Source: the human T2T-CHM13v2.0 reference genome, Homo sapiens
Strand: one strand, 5' to 3'
Assembly (NCBI RefSeq): GCF_009914755.1
Contig: NC_060936.1
Length of the DNA: 64,000 nucleotides
The position numbers and the translations under genes were made by a program. The number at the start of each line of letters is the position of its first letter. The first letter of the stretch is position 1. Shown piece by piece: positions 14,901 to 29,900 of this stretch. The notes under the pieces were generated by a model that saw nothing but the letters and a program-made list of their open reading frames with translations, did not search any database and was not told where the DNA came from.

Positions 14901-17900
14901 ACAAAAACAGTGTTTTCAAACTGCTGAATTAAAAGTAAGTTTTAACAGTGTGAGATGAATGGACACATCATAAAGCCGTTTCTCAGAAAACATCTTTCTG
15001 GTTTTTATTTGAAGATATTGTCTTTTTCACCTTAGCCCTCCCTTTGCTCCCAGATATTCCTTCACAGATTCTACAAAAACAATGTTTCCAAACCTCTGAA
15101 TCAAAAGAAAGGTATAACTCTGTGAAATGAATTCACACATCACAAAGCTGTTTCTCAGAAAGCTTATTTCTAGGTTTTATCTGAAGATTTTCTTTCACCA
15201 TAGGCCTAAATGCACTCCAAAATATCTCTTTGCAAATTCTACAAAAATCGTGTTTCCAAACTGCTGAATGAAAATAAACTTTTAATTCTGTCAGATACAT
15301 ACACACATCACAGAAAAAATTCTCAGATAGCTTTCTTTTGGTTTTTCTCCTGGGATATTCCCTTTTTTGCAATTGGCCTCAAAGAGCTCCCAAATGTCCA
15401 TTCACAGAATGAACAAAAACAGTTTTTGCAAACTGCTGAATCATAAGAAAATTTGAACTCTGTGAGATGAATGCACCCATCACAAAGCAGTTTCCCAAAA
15501 AGCTTCCTTCTAATTTTTATCTGAAGATATTTTCTTTTGAACATAGGGTTCAATATGCTCCAAAATATCCCTTGGCATATTCTACAAAAACAATGTTTCC
15601 AAACTGCTGAATTAAAAGAAATGTTTAACTCTGTGAGATGAATGCGTACATCACAAAGCAGTTTCTCAGAATGATTCTTTCTAGTTTTTATCTGAAGATT
15701 TTTTCTTTTTCACCACAGGCCTCAAGGCACTCCTAAATATCCCTTGGCACGTTTTACAAAAACAGTTTTTCCAAACTGCTGAATGAAAAGAAAGTTTTAA
15801 TTCTGTGAGATGAATACACATAGCATGATGCAGTTTGTCCGATAGTTTCCTTCTAGTTTTTATCCTGGGATATTAACTTTTTGGCCATGTAACCTATATG
15901 AGTTCCCAATGGTCCATTCACTGAATGGACAAAAACGAGGTTTCCAAACTGCTGATTCAAAAGAAAGTTTCACCTCTGTGATATGAATGCACACATCATA
16001 AAGCAGTTTCTCTGAAAGCTTATTTCCAGGTTTAATCTGAAGATGTTTTCTTATTCACCATTTGCCTCAATGCACTACCAAATATCCAATCACAGTTTAT
16101 ACAAAAATAGTGCTTCCAAACTGCTGAATCAAATGAAATGTTCAACTCTGTCAGATGAATGCACACATCATGAACTGTTTCTCATTAAGCATCTTTCTAC
16201 TTATTATCTGAAGATATTTTCTTTTTCACCATTGGCCTCTCAATGTGCTCCAAAATATCCCTTCACATATTCTACAAAAACGTTGTTTCCAAACTGCTAA
16301 ATCAAAGGAAGGTTTAACACTGAGAAATGAATGCACACATCACAAAGCGGTTTCTCAGATTGATTCCTTCTAGTTTTTATCCCAGGATATTCGTTTTTCA
16401 CCATTGGCCCCAATGACCTCCCAAATGTCCATTCACAGAATGGAGAAAAACAGTGTTTCCAAACTGCTGAATCAAAAGAATTTTATATCTGTGAGATGAA
16501 TGCACACATCACAAAGCGGTTTCTCAGAAACCTTCCTTCTGGTTTTTATCTGAAGTTATTTTCTACTTCAGCATAGGCCTCAATGTGCCCCCAAATATCC
16601 CTTCACAGATTCTACAAAATCAGTGTTTCCAAACCTCTGAATCAAAGGAAAGCTTTACCTCTGTGAGATGGATGTAGACATCACAAAGCAGTTTCCCAGA
16701 AAGCTTCTTTCTAGTTTACATCTGAATATATTTTCTTTATCACCATAGGCTTCAAAGCACTACCAGATATGCCTTCACAGATTTGACAAAAACAGTGTTC
16801 AAACTACTGAGTGAAAAGCAATGTTTAACTCTGTGAGATGGATGCACACATCACGAAATGGTTTCTGAGATAGCTTCCTTCTAGTTTTTATCTGAGGATA
16901 TTTTCTATTTCACAATAGGCATCAAGGCACGCCCAATTATCCCTTCATAAATTCTACAAAAACAGTGTTTCTAAACTGCTGAATGAAAAGAAACTTTTAA
17001 CTCTGTGAGATGAATACACACATCACAAACCAGTTGCTCATATAGCTTCCTTCTGGTTTTTATCCTGGGATATTAGCTTTTCCTCCATTGGCCTCAATGA
17101 GTCCCCAAAGTCAATTCACAGTATGGACAAAAACAGTCTTTGCAAACTGCTGAATTGAAAGAAAGGTTTACATCTGTGGGAAAACTGCACACACCACAAC
17201 GCAGGTTCTCAGAAAGCTTCTTTCTGATTTTTATCTGAAGATATTGACTTTTTCACAATAGGCCTCTATGTTCTCACAAATATCCCTTCATAGATTGTAG
17301 AAAAACAGTGTCTCCAAACTGCTGAATCAAAAGAAATGTTTAACGTTGTGAGATGAATGTACACATCACAAAGGAGCTTCTCAGAAAGCTTCTTTCCAGT
17401 TTTTATCTGAAGATATTTTCTTTTTCACAATAGGGCTCAATTCAGTCCCAAATACCCCTTCACAGATTTTGAAAAACAGAGCTTTCAAACTCCTTAATGA
17501 AAAGAAAAGTTTGACTCTGTGAGATGAATGCACACGTCACAAAGTGGTTTCTCACTTAGCTTCCTTCTAGTTTTTATCCTGGTATAATCGTTTTTTCCCC
17601 ACAGGCCTCAATGAGCCCCAAATGTCCATTCTCAAAATAGACAAAAATAGAGTTTCCAAACAGCTGAATCAAAAGAAAGTTTTCACTATGTGAGATTAAA
17701 GAACACAATACAAAGCCATTTCTCAGAAAGCATCTTTCTGCTTTTCATCTGAAGGTATTTCCTTTTTCACCATAGACCCCCATGTGCACCCAAATATCCC
17801 TTTCTAGATTCTACAAAAACAGTGTTTCCAAACTACCGAATGAAAGGAAATGTTTAAGTCTGTGTGATGAATGCATACATTACAAAGGGTTTTCTCAGAT

Positions 17901-20900
17901 AGCTTCTTTCCAGTTTTTATCATGGGATATTCGTTTTTTTTACAATTGACATCAATGAGCTCCCAAATGACCACTCGCAGAATGGACAAAATCAGTGTTT
18001 CCAAACTGGTGAATCCAAAGAATGGTTTAACTCTGTGAGATGAATGCATACATCACAAAGCAGTTTCTCAGAAAGGTTCCTTCTAGTTATTATCTGAAGG
18101 TATTTTCTTTTTCACCATAGACTTCAATGAACTCCCAAATATCCCTTTGCAGATTCTACAAAAAGAGTGTTTCCAAACCTCTGAATAAAAGGAAATGTTT
18201 AACTCTGTGAGATGAATGCATACATCACAAAGCAGTTTCCCAGAAAGATTCTTTCTGGTTTTTATCTGAAGATATAGTCTTTTTCACCATAAGCCTGAAT
18301 GCGCTCCCAAATGTACCTTCACAGACGCAACAAAAACAGTGTTTCCAAACTGATGGATGAAAAGAAACGTTTATCTCTGCGAGATGAATGCACACATCCC
18401 AAAGCGGTTTTACAAATAGTTTCCTTCTACTTTTTATCCTGGGATATTCACTTTATCACCATTGGCCTCAATGAGCTCCAAAATGTCCATTCGCAGAATG
18501 GACAATAACTGTGTTTCCAAACTGCTGAATGAAAAGAAAGGTTTATATCTCCAAGGTGATTGCACACTTCACAAAGCAGCTTCTCAGAAAGCTTCTTTAT
18601 AGTTTTTTCCTGAAGATATTTCCTTCTTAACCATATGCCTGAACAGGTTCCCAAATACCACTTTGCAGATTCTACAAAAACTGTTACACACCTACATCAA
18701 AAGAAGCGTTTAACTCTGTGAGATGAATGTGCACCACAAAGTAGTTTCTCAGAAAGCTTCTTTCTAGTTTTCTCTGAAGATATTTCTTTTTTCACCACAG
18801 GACTCAATGTGCTAATCAATATCCCTTCACAGATTTTACAGAAAAAGTGTTTCCAAACTTCTCAACCAAAAGAAAGATTTGACTCAGTGAGATGATTGCA
18901 CACATCACAAAGCAGTTTCTCAGAAAGCTTCTTCCCAGTTTTTGTCTGAAGATATTACCTTTTTCACCATAGGCCTCAATGTGCTCCCAAATATCCCTTT
19001 GCAGATTCTACAAAAACAGTGTTTCCATACTGCTCAATCAAAAGAAAGGTTTAACTCTGTGAGATGAATGCACACATCACAAAGCAGTTTTTCTGACAGC
19101 TTCTTTCTACTTTTTTTCTGAAGATATTTCCGTTTTCATCATAGGCCTCAATTCCCTCCCAAATATCCTTTCACGGATGCTTCAATAACAGTTTTTCCAA
19201 TCTGCTCAATTAAAAGAAAGGTTTTCTTCACTGAGGTGAATGCACACATCTCAAAGCCGGTTCTCAGAAAGCTTTTTCTGGTCTTTCTCTGTAGATGTTT
19301 CCTTTTTCACCACATGCCTCAATCCACTCCCAGTATCCCACTGCAGATTCTACAAAAACAGTGTTTCCCAACTGCTCCATCAAAAGAGAGGTTTAACTCT
19401 GTGAGATGAATGCACACATCACAAAGCAGTTTCTCAGAAAGCTTCTTTCCATTGTTTACCTGAAGATATTTTCTTTTTCACCATATGCCTCAATGCGCTC
19501 CCAAATATCCCTTCACAGATTCTTCAAAAACAGTTTTGCCAAACTGCTCCATCAAAAGAAGGCTTTAATTCTGTGATGTGAATGCACAGATCACAACGCA
19601 TTTTGTCAGAAAGCTTCTTTCTGGTTTTTCTGTGATGATATTTTATTTTTCACCATAGGCCACAATGTAAACCCAAATATCCCTCTGCAGATTCTACAAA
19701 AACAGTGTTTTGAAACTGCTCCATCAAAAGTAAGTTTTAACTCTGTTAGATGAATGCACACATCTGAAAGTAGTTTCTCAGAAAGCTTCTTTCTACTTTT
19801 TATCAGAAGATATTTCCTTTTTCACCAAAGTCCTCAATTCTCTCCCAAATATCCTTTTGCAGATTCTACAAAAACAGTGCTTCCACACTGCTAGATCAAA
19901 AGAAAGATTTAACTCTTTGAGATGAATACACACATCCCAAAGAAGTTTCTGTGAAAGATTCTTTCTAGTTTTTCTCTGAGGATATCTCCTGTTTCACCAT
20001 AGTCCTCAATGCACTCCCAAATATCCCTTCAGAGATTCGACAAAAGAAGTCTTACCAAATTGCTCCATCAAAAGAAAGGTTTCACCCTATGAGATTAATG
20101 CAAAAATCAGAAAGGAGTTTCCCAATAAGCTTCTTTCTAGTTTTTCTCTGAAGATAATTCCTTTTTCAGCATAGACTTCAATGCGCTCCCAAATATCCTT
20201 TCAAAGATTCTCCAAAAACAGTGTTTCCCAACTGCTCCATCCAGGAAAGGTTTGCCTCTGTGAGATGAATGCACACATCCCAAAGCAATTTCTAGGAAAA
20301 CTTCTTTCTAATTTTTCTCTGAAGATATTTCCTTTTTCACCATAGGCCTCAATGGGCTCCCAAATATATATTTGCAGATTCTACAAAAATCTGCTCTATC
20401 AAAAGAATAGTTTAAATCTGTGAGATGAATGCACACATCACAAACCAGTTTCTCAGGAAGTTTCTTTCTAGTATTTATCTGAAGATTTTTCATTTTACAC
20501 TATAGATCTCAATGCATTCCAAAATATCCCTTTGCAGATTCTCCAAAAATGATGTTTCCCAACTGCTCCATCAGGGAAAGGTTTACCTCTGTGAGATGAA
20601 TGCACACATCACAAAGAAGTTTCTCAGAAAGTTTCTTTCTGTTTTTTCTCTGAAGATATTTCCTTTTTCACCATAGTCCTAAATGCACTCCAAAATATCC
20701 CTTCACACATTCGAAAAAAATAGCTTCCAAATTGCTCCATCAAAGAAACGTTTAACCCTGTGAGATGAATACAGACTTCCAAAGCAGTTTCTCAATAAAC
20801 TTCTTTCTAGTTTTTCTCTAAAGATATTTCCTTTTACAGCGTAGACCTCAATGCACTCCCAAATTTCCCTTTGCAGATTCTATAAAAACAGTGTTTCTTA

Positions 20901-23900
20901 ACTGCTCCATCAAATAAAATTTTACCACTGTGAGATGAATGCACACATCATAAAGCATTTCTACGAAAGCTTCTTTCTAGTTTTTATATGAAGATATTTC
21001 CTTTTTCACCATTGGCCTCAATGGGCTCCAAAATATCCCTTCGCAGATTCTACAAAACCAGTGTTTCCAAACTACTCAACCATAAGAAAGATTTGAGTCA
21101 GTGAAATGAATGCACACATACCAAAGCAGTTTCTCAGAAAGCTTCTTTGCAGTTTTTCTCTGAAGATATTTCCTTTTTGACCATATGCCACAATGCACTC
21201 CCAGATATCCCGTCGCAGTTCCTACAAAAACAGTGTTTCCAAACTGCTCAATCAGAAGAAAAGTTTAACTCTCTGAGATGAATGCACACATCACAAAGCA
21301 GTTTCTCAGAATGCTTCTTTCTACTTTTGCTCTGAAGACATTTCCTTTTTCAGCAGAGGTCTGAATTCACTCCCAAATATGCCTGCACAGATTTTCAAAA
21401 ATAGTGTTCCCAAACCTTACCATAAAAAGAAAGGTTTAAATCTGTGAGATGAATGCATGCACAACAAAGCAGTTTTCAGAAAGAGTCTTTCTAGTTTTTC
21501 TCTGAAGATATTTCCTTTTTCACCATATAGGCTTCAATGTGCTCCTAAATATCCCTTTGCAGATTCTACAAAAACAGTGTTTCCTAACTGCTCAATCTAA
21601 AGAAACGTTTAAAATTTGAGGTGAATGCACACATCAAGAAACAGTTTCTCAGAAAGCTTCTTTCTAGTTTTTCTTGGAAGATATTTCCTTTTTCAACATA
21701 GGCCTGAATGCTCTCCAAAATGTCCCTTCGCACATTCTACAAGAGCAGTGTTTCCAAACTGCATCATCAAAATAATGGTTTGACTCTGTGAGATGAATGC
21801 AAACATCACAAAGTAGTTTCTCAGAAAGCTTCCTTCTAGTTTTCATCTGAAGATGTTTCCTTTTTAACCATAGGCCTCAATACACTCCCAAATACCCCTT
21901 TGCACATCCTACAAAAACTGTGTTTCCAAACTACTGAATGAAAAGAAAGTTTTAACTCAGTGAAATGAAGGCACACATCACAAAGTTGTTTCTCAGATAG
22001 CTTCCTTATAGTTTTTATACTGGGATACTCACTTATTCACCATGGGCCTCAATTACCTCCCAAATGTCCAATTGCAGAATGGACAAAAACAGTGTTTCCA
22101 AAGTGCTGAATTGAAAGAAAGATTTAACTGTAAAATGAATGCACACATCACAAAACAGTTTCTGAGAATGATTCTTTCTAGATTTTATCTAAAGTTGTTT
22201 ACTGTTGCACCATAGGCTTCAATGCACTCCCAAATATCCCTTTGCAGATTCTACAACAAGAGTGTTTCAAAACTGCCGAATGAAAAGAAAAGTTTAACCT
22301 TGTGAGATGAATGCACATATCACAAAGCAGCTTCTCTGGTAGTTTCCTTATATTTTTTATCCTGGTGATTCAATTTTTCTTCCTTGGCATCAAAGAGCTC
22401 CCAAATATCCCTTTGCAGATTCTACAGAAACATTGTTTCCAAAGTGTGGAATGAAAAGAAATGCTTAACTCTGTGAGATGAATGCACACATCACAAAGCT
22501 CTTTATCAGATAGCTTCTTTCTTGTTATCCTGGAATATTCACTTTTTCATAATTGGCCTCAATGAGCTCCAAATTGTCCATTCACAGAATGGACAAAAAG
22601 AGTATTTCCAAACTGCTGAATCCAAATAAATGTTTATCTCTGTGAGATGAATGCACAAATCACAAAGTAGTTTCTCAGAAAGCTTCTTTCTATTTTTTCT
22701 CTGAAGATGTTTCTTTTTTCACCATAAGCATCAATGCACTCACAAATACCTCCTTACAGATTCTTCAAAAACAGTGATTCAAAACTGTTCAATGAAAATA
22801 AAAGTTTAACTCAGCAAGATGAATGCAAACAACACAAGCAGTTACTCCGATAGCTTCCTTCTAGTTTCTATCCTGTGATATTTCCTTTTTTGACATTGAC
22901 CTCAATGAGTTCCAAAATGTTGATTTGCAGAATGGACTAATACCGTGTTTCCAAACTGCTGAATCCAAAGGAAGTTTCAACTCTGTGAGATGAATGCACA
23001 CATCACAAAGCAGTTTCTCAGAAAGCATCTTTCTATGTTTCATCTGAAGATCATTCCTTTTTCACTGTAGGCCTCAAGGTTCTCCAAAATATCCCTTCAC
23101 AGTTTCTACAAAAATATTTTTTCCAAACTGCTGAAAGGAAAGTAAGGTTTAGTTACTCAAGGTGAATGCAAACATCACAAAGCGGTTTCTCAGATAGCTT
23201 CCTTCTACTTTTAATCCGGGGATATTTGCTTTTTTGCCATTGGCCACAAAGACATCACAAATGTCCATTCACAGAATGGACAAAAACAGTGTTTCCGAAC
23301 TGCTGAATGCAAGGAATATTTTAACTCTGCTAGATGAATGCACACATGACAAAGCATTTTCTCAGGTACCTTCCTTCTTGTTTTTATCCTGGGTTATTCG
23401 ATTTTTTGCCACTGGCCCAAATGAGTTTCCAAATGTCCATTCGCAGTATGGACAAAAACAGTGTTTCCAAACTGCTGAATCCAAAGAAAGGTTTTATTCT
23501 ATGAGATGAATGCACTCGTCACAATTTCTCTGAAAGCTTCATTCTAGTTTTTATTTCAAACTGTTTCCTTTTTCATCATTGGCCTCAATGCTCTCCCAAA
23601 TACATCTTCCAGATTCTACAAAAACATGGTTTCCAAGTGCTGAATGAAAAGAAAAATTTATCTCAGTGAGATGATTGCACACATCACAAAGCTCTTTCTC
23701 AGATAGCTTGCTTCAAGTTTTAAACATGGGATATTTGCTTTTCCGCCATTGGTCTCAGTGAGATCCCAAAAGTCCATTCATAAATGGACAAAAACAGTGT
23801 TTCTGAATTGCTGATTCAAAGGATGTTTTAACCCTGTGAGATGAATGCAGATATCACAAAGCAGTTCCTCAGAAAACTTCTGTTTTCTTTTCAACTGAAT

Positions 23901-26900
23901 ATGTTTCCTTTTTCACCATAGGCCTCAATGAGCTCCCAAATATCTCTTCACAGATTCTGCAAAAACAGTGTTTCCAAACAGTTGAAAGAAAAGCAAGTTG
24001 TAATTCCATGAGATGAATGCACACATCACAAACCAGTTTCTCAGATAGCTTCGTTCTAGTTTTTATCCTAGGATATTTTTTTTTTTTTGACATTGGTCTC
24101 AATGAGCTCCCAATTGTCCATTCACAGAAAGGAGAAAAATGGTGTTTCCAAACTTCTGAATCCAAGGAAACTTCTAAGTTTGTGAGATGAATGCACACAT
24201 CACAAAGCTGTTTCTCAGAAATCTTCTTTCTTCTTTTAATCTGAAGATATTTCCTTTTTCACCATAGACCTCAAGGGGCTCCCAAATATTACTTCACAGA
24301 CTCTACAAAAACAGTGTTTCTGAATTGCTAAAAAAAAAAAAGAAAGAATTAAATCTGTGAGATGAATACACAAATCACAAAGTGGTTTTTCAGATGGCTT
24401 CTTTGCCATTGGCCTCAATGATCTCCCAAATGTCCTTTTGCATAATGGACAAACACAGTGTGTCCAAAAAGCTGAATCCAATGGAGTTTTAACTCTGTGA
24501 GATGAATGCACAGATCGCAAAGCAGTTTCTGAGGAAGTTTCTTTCTAGATTTTATCTGAAGATGTTTCCTTTTTCACTATAGGCCTCAATTTGCTCTGAA
24601 ATATCCATTCGTTGATTCTACAAAAATAGTGTTTCCAAACTGCTCAATGAAAGAAAGGTTTAACTCTGAGAGATGAATGAACACATCACAAAGCTGTTTC
24701 TCAGATAGATTCTTTCTAGTTTTTATCCCGGGATATTCACTTTTTTGAAATCAGCTTCAAAGAGCTCCCAGATGTCCATTCTCAGAAAAAACAAAAACAG
24801 TGTTGCCAAACTACTGAACACAAAGAAGGTTTTAATCTATGAGATGAATCACACATCACAAATCAGTTTATCAGAAAACTTCTTCCTAGCTTTTATCTGA
24901 AGATATTTCCTTTTTCACTGTAGGCCTCAATGTTCTCCCAAATATCCCTTCCCAGATTCTACCAAAATAGTGTTTCCAAACTGCAAAATGAAAAGAAGGG
25001 TGTAACTCTGTGAGATGAATGCAGACATCACGAAGCAGTTTCTCAATAGCATCTTTCTCGTTTTTATCCTAGCATATGTGCTTTTTTGCCATTGGCATCA
25101 AGGAGCTGCCAAATGTCAATTATCAGAATGGACAAAAACAGTGTTTCCAAACTGCAGAATCCAAAGAAACTTATAAATGTGAGAGGAATGCACATATCAC
25201 AAAGCAGTTTCTCGGAAAGCTTCTTTCTAATTTTTATCTGAAGAGGTTTCCTTTTTTCCATAGGCCTCAATGCACTCCCAAATATCCCTTTGCAGATTCC
25301 ACAAAAACAGTGTTTCCAAGCTGCTGATTGAAAGGAAAGTTTAATTCTGGGAGGTGAATGCACACATCACCAAGCTGTTTCTCAGATAGATTCATTCTAC
25401 TTTTTATCCTGGGATATTCGCTTTTTCACCATTTACATCAATTAGCTCCCAAATGTCCATTCGCAGAATGGACAAAAAGAGAGTTTGCAAACTGATGAAT
25501 CAGAAGAAATGTTTAACTCTGTGAGGTGAATGCACACATCACAAATCAGTTTCTCAGAAAGATTATTTTTAGTTTTTATCTGGTGATGTTTCCTTTTAAC
25601 TGTAGGCCTCAATGCGCTCCCAAGTATCCCTTTGCAGTTTCTACAAAAACAGTGTTCCCAAATGGCAGAATGAAAAGAAAGGTTTAATTCTGTGAGATGA
25701 ATGCACACATCACAATGAGGTTTCTCAGCTAGCTTCCTTCTACTTTTTATCCAGGGATATTCACGTTTTTGCCATTGGCCACAATGTAATCCCAAATGTC
25801 CATTCACAGAATTCAGAAAAACAGTGTTTCCAAACTGCTAAATACAAGGAATGTTTTAACTCTGTGAGATGAATGCACACATCACAAAGCAGTTTCTCAG
25901 AAAGCTTTTTCTTGTTTTCATCTGAAGATGTTTCATTTTTAACCATAGGCCTCAACGCACTCCCAAATACTCCTTTGCAAATTCTACAAAACAGTTTTTC
26001 CAAACTGCTGAATGAAAGCAAAGGTTTAGCTCTGTGAGATGAATGCACACATAACAAAGTGGTTTCTCAGATAGCTTCATACTAGTTTGTATCCTGGGAT
26101 ATTTGCTTTTTTGTCAATGGCCTCAATGAACTCCAAATTGTCCATTTGCAGAATGGAAAAAAACATTGTTTCCAAACTTCTGAATCCAAAGAAACGTTTA
26201 AATCTGTGAAATGAATGCACACATCACAAAGTAGTTTCTCAGAAACCTTATTTACAGTTTTTATCTGAAGATGTCTCCTTTTTCACCAAAATCCTCAAGG
26301 TGCTCCCAAATATCCCTTCACTGATTCTATAAAAACAGTGTTTACAAAACTGATGAATGAAAGAAAGGTTTAACTCTGTGAGATGAATGCACACATCACA
26401 AAGCCATTTCTCAGAAAGCTTCTTTCTTGTTTTTATCTGAAGATGTTTCCTTTTTCACCATAAGCCTCAAGGTATTCCCAAAGATCCCTTTGAGATTCTA
26501 CATAAACAGTTTCAAAGCTGCTCAATGAAAAGAAAGGATCAAATCTCCAAGATGAATTCACACATCACAAAGCCAATTCTCAAACATCTTCCTTCTAGTA
26601 TTTATCCTGGGATATTCAGTTTTACACCATTGGCCACAATGAGCTCCCAAATGTCCATTTGCAGAATGTACAAAAATAATGCTTCCAAAGATCTGAAATA
26701 ATTAAAAGTTTAATTCTGTGAAATGAATGCACACATCACAAAGCAGTTTCTAAGAAAGTTTCTTTCTAGATTTCATCTGAAGCTGTTTCCTTTTTCAGCA
26801 TAGCCTGCAATGAGCTGCCAAATATCCCTTCACAGATTCTACAAAAACAGTGTTTTCACACTGCTGAATGAAAATAGAATGCACTAACCACAAAACAGTT

Positions 26901-29900
26901 TCCCAGATACATTCCTTCTAGGTTTTCTTCCATGATATTGTCTTTTTTGCCATTGGTCTCAATGAGCTCCGAAATGTCTGTTCGAAGAATGGACAAAAAG
27001 ACTGTTTCCAAACTGTTGAATCCAAAGGCAAGTTTAGTTCTGTGAGATGAATGCACACATCACAAAGCAGCTTATCAGAAAGCTTCCTTCTAGTTTTTAT
27101 CTGAATATGTTTTCTTTTTCACCATAGCACTCAATGTGCTCCCAACTATGCATTTGCAGATTCTACAAAAACAGGGCTTCCAAATTACTGAGTGAAAAGA
27201 AAGGTTTAACTCTGCAAGGTGAATGCACACATCACAAAGTGGTTTCTCAAGGAGATTCCTTCAACTCTTTATCCTGGGATATTCGCTTTTTTGCCATTGG
27301 CCTCAATGAGCTCCCAAATATCCATTCACAGAATGGACAAAAACAGTGTTTTCAAACTGCTGACTAAAAAGAAACATTTATCTCTTCGAGGTGAATTCAC
27401 ACTTCACCAAGCAGTCTCTCAGAATGCTTCTTTCTAGTTTTTATCTGAAGATGTTTCCTTTTTCACTGGAGGCCTCAATGTGCTCCAAATTATCCCTTCA
27501 CAGATAACAAAAAACAGTGTTTCCAAAATGTTGAATGCAAAGGAAGGTTTAGTTCTGTGAGATGAATGCACACATGAAAATGCAGTTTCTCAGAGAGCTT
27601 CTTTCCAATTTTTATCTGAAGAAGTTTCCTTTTTCACCATAGGCTTCCATGCACTCTGAAATTTCCCATTGCAGATTCCACCAAAAAATTGCCTCCAAAC
27701 TGTTCTATGAAAAGAAAGGTTTATCTCTGTTAGATGAATGCACTCTTCACAAAGTGGTTTCTCAGATAGTTTACTTCCTTTTTTTATCATGCAATATTCC
27801 CTTTTTTGCCATTGGTTTCCATGATCTCCCAAATGTCCTTTCACAGAATGGACAAAAACAGTGTTTCCAAACTGCTAAATGAAAAGAAAGTTTTAACTTT
27901 CTGAGGTGAATGCCCACATCACAAAGGGGTTTCTCAGAGAGCTTCCTTCTTGTTTTTATCCTGGAATATTGGGTTTTTTTTTTTGCCATTGGCCTCAATG
28001 CACTCCCAAATATCCCTTCACAGATTCTACAAAAACAGTGTTTCAAAGCTACTGAATCCCCAGAAAGGTTTAACACTGTGAGGTGAATTTACACATCACA
28101 AATCTGTTTCTCAGAAAGCTTCTTTCTATTTTTTATCTGAAGAAGTTTGCTTTTTTATGACAGGCTTCAAAGAGTTCCCAAATATCCCTTTGCAGATTCT
28201 ACAAAAACAGTTTTTCTAAACTGTTGAAAGAAAAGAAAGTTTTAACTCCATGAGATGGATGCACACATCACAAAGCAGTTTCTCATTGGATTGCCTCTGG
28301 TTTTTATGCTGGGATTTTCACTGTTTAGCCTTTGGCCTCAGTGAGCACACAAATGTCCATTGGCAGAATGAACAAAAACAGTGTTTCCAAACTGCTGAAT
28401 TAAAAGGAAAGGTTTAACTCTGTGAGATGAATGCACACATCACAAAGCAGTTTTTCAGAAATGTTCTTTCTAGTTTTATCTGAACATGTTTCCTTTTTCT
28501 CCATAGACCCCAAAGTGCTCCAAAATATCCTTTTGCAGATTCTACAAAAAGAGTGATTCCAAACTGCTGAATTAAAAGAATGGTTTAACTCTGTGAGATG
28601 AATGCACACATCACAAAGCAGTTTCTCAGATAGCTTCCTTCTAGTTTTTATCCTGGGATATTCACTTTCTCCCATTTGGTGAAATGAGCTCCCAAATCTC
28701 CATGCGCACAATGGACAAAAAAAGATATTCCAATCTGCTGAATCCAAAGAAAGGTTTAGCTCTAAAAGTTGAATGCACAGATCACAAAGCAGTTTCTCAG
28801 AAAATTTCTTTCTAGTTTTTATCTGAAGGTGTTTCCTTTATTCACCATAGGCCCCAGTGCACTCCCAAATATCCCTTCACAGATTCTACAAAAGCAGTGA
28901 TTCCAAACTGCTGAATTAAAATAAAGGTTTGACTCTGCAAGATGAATGCACACATCACAAAGCGGATCCTCAGAGAGCTTCCTTCAAGTTTTTATCCTGG
29001 GATATTTGCTTTTTTGCCATTGGCCTCAATGAGCTCCCAAATGTCCATTCCCAGAAAGGTCAAAAACAGTTTTTCCAAACTGCTGAATGAAAAGAAAGGT
29101 TTATCTCTGTGAGATGAATGCACACATCATGAAGTGGTTTCACAGAGGGCTTCCTTCTATTTTTTATTCTGGGATATTCGATCTTTCACCATTGGCCTCA
29201 ATGAGCTCACAAATGTCCATTCACCAGATGAAAAAAAACTGTTTCCAAACTGCTGAATCCTAAGAACGATTTATTTCTTTGAGATGAATGCACATATGAC
29301 AAAGCAGGTTCTCAGAAAGCTTCTTTCCAGTTTTTATCTGAGGATGTTGCCTTTTTCACTGTAGGCCACAATACGGTCCCAAATATCCCTTTGCAGACTC
29401 TACAAAAGGAGTTTTTCGAAACTGCTGAATCCAAAAATGGTTTAATTTTGAGTGGTGAATGCACATATCACAAAGTGGTTTCTCAGAGAGCTTCCTTCTA
29501 GTTTTTATGCTGGGATATTCGCTTTTTCGCCTTTAGCCTCAATGAGCTCCCAAATGTAATTTTCAGAATGGACAAAAATAATGTTTCCAAACTGCTGAAA
29601 AAAGAAAGTTTTAGCAATTTGAAATGAATGCACACATCACAAAGCAGTTTCTCAGAAAGCTTCTTTCCAGTTTTCATCAGAAGATGTTTCCTTTTTCACC
29701 ATAGCCCTCTAAGTGCTCTAAAATTTCCCTTCAGAGATCCTACAAAAACAGTGTTTCCAAACTGCTGAATGAAATGAAAGACTTAATTCTGAGAGATGAG
29801 TGCACACATCACAGAGCAGTTTGTCAGACAGCTTCCTTGTATTTTTTCTCTTGGGATATTCCCATTTTTGCCTTTGGCATCAATGAGCTCCAAAATGTCT

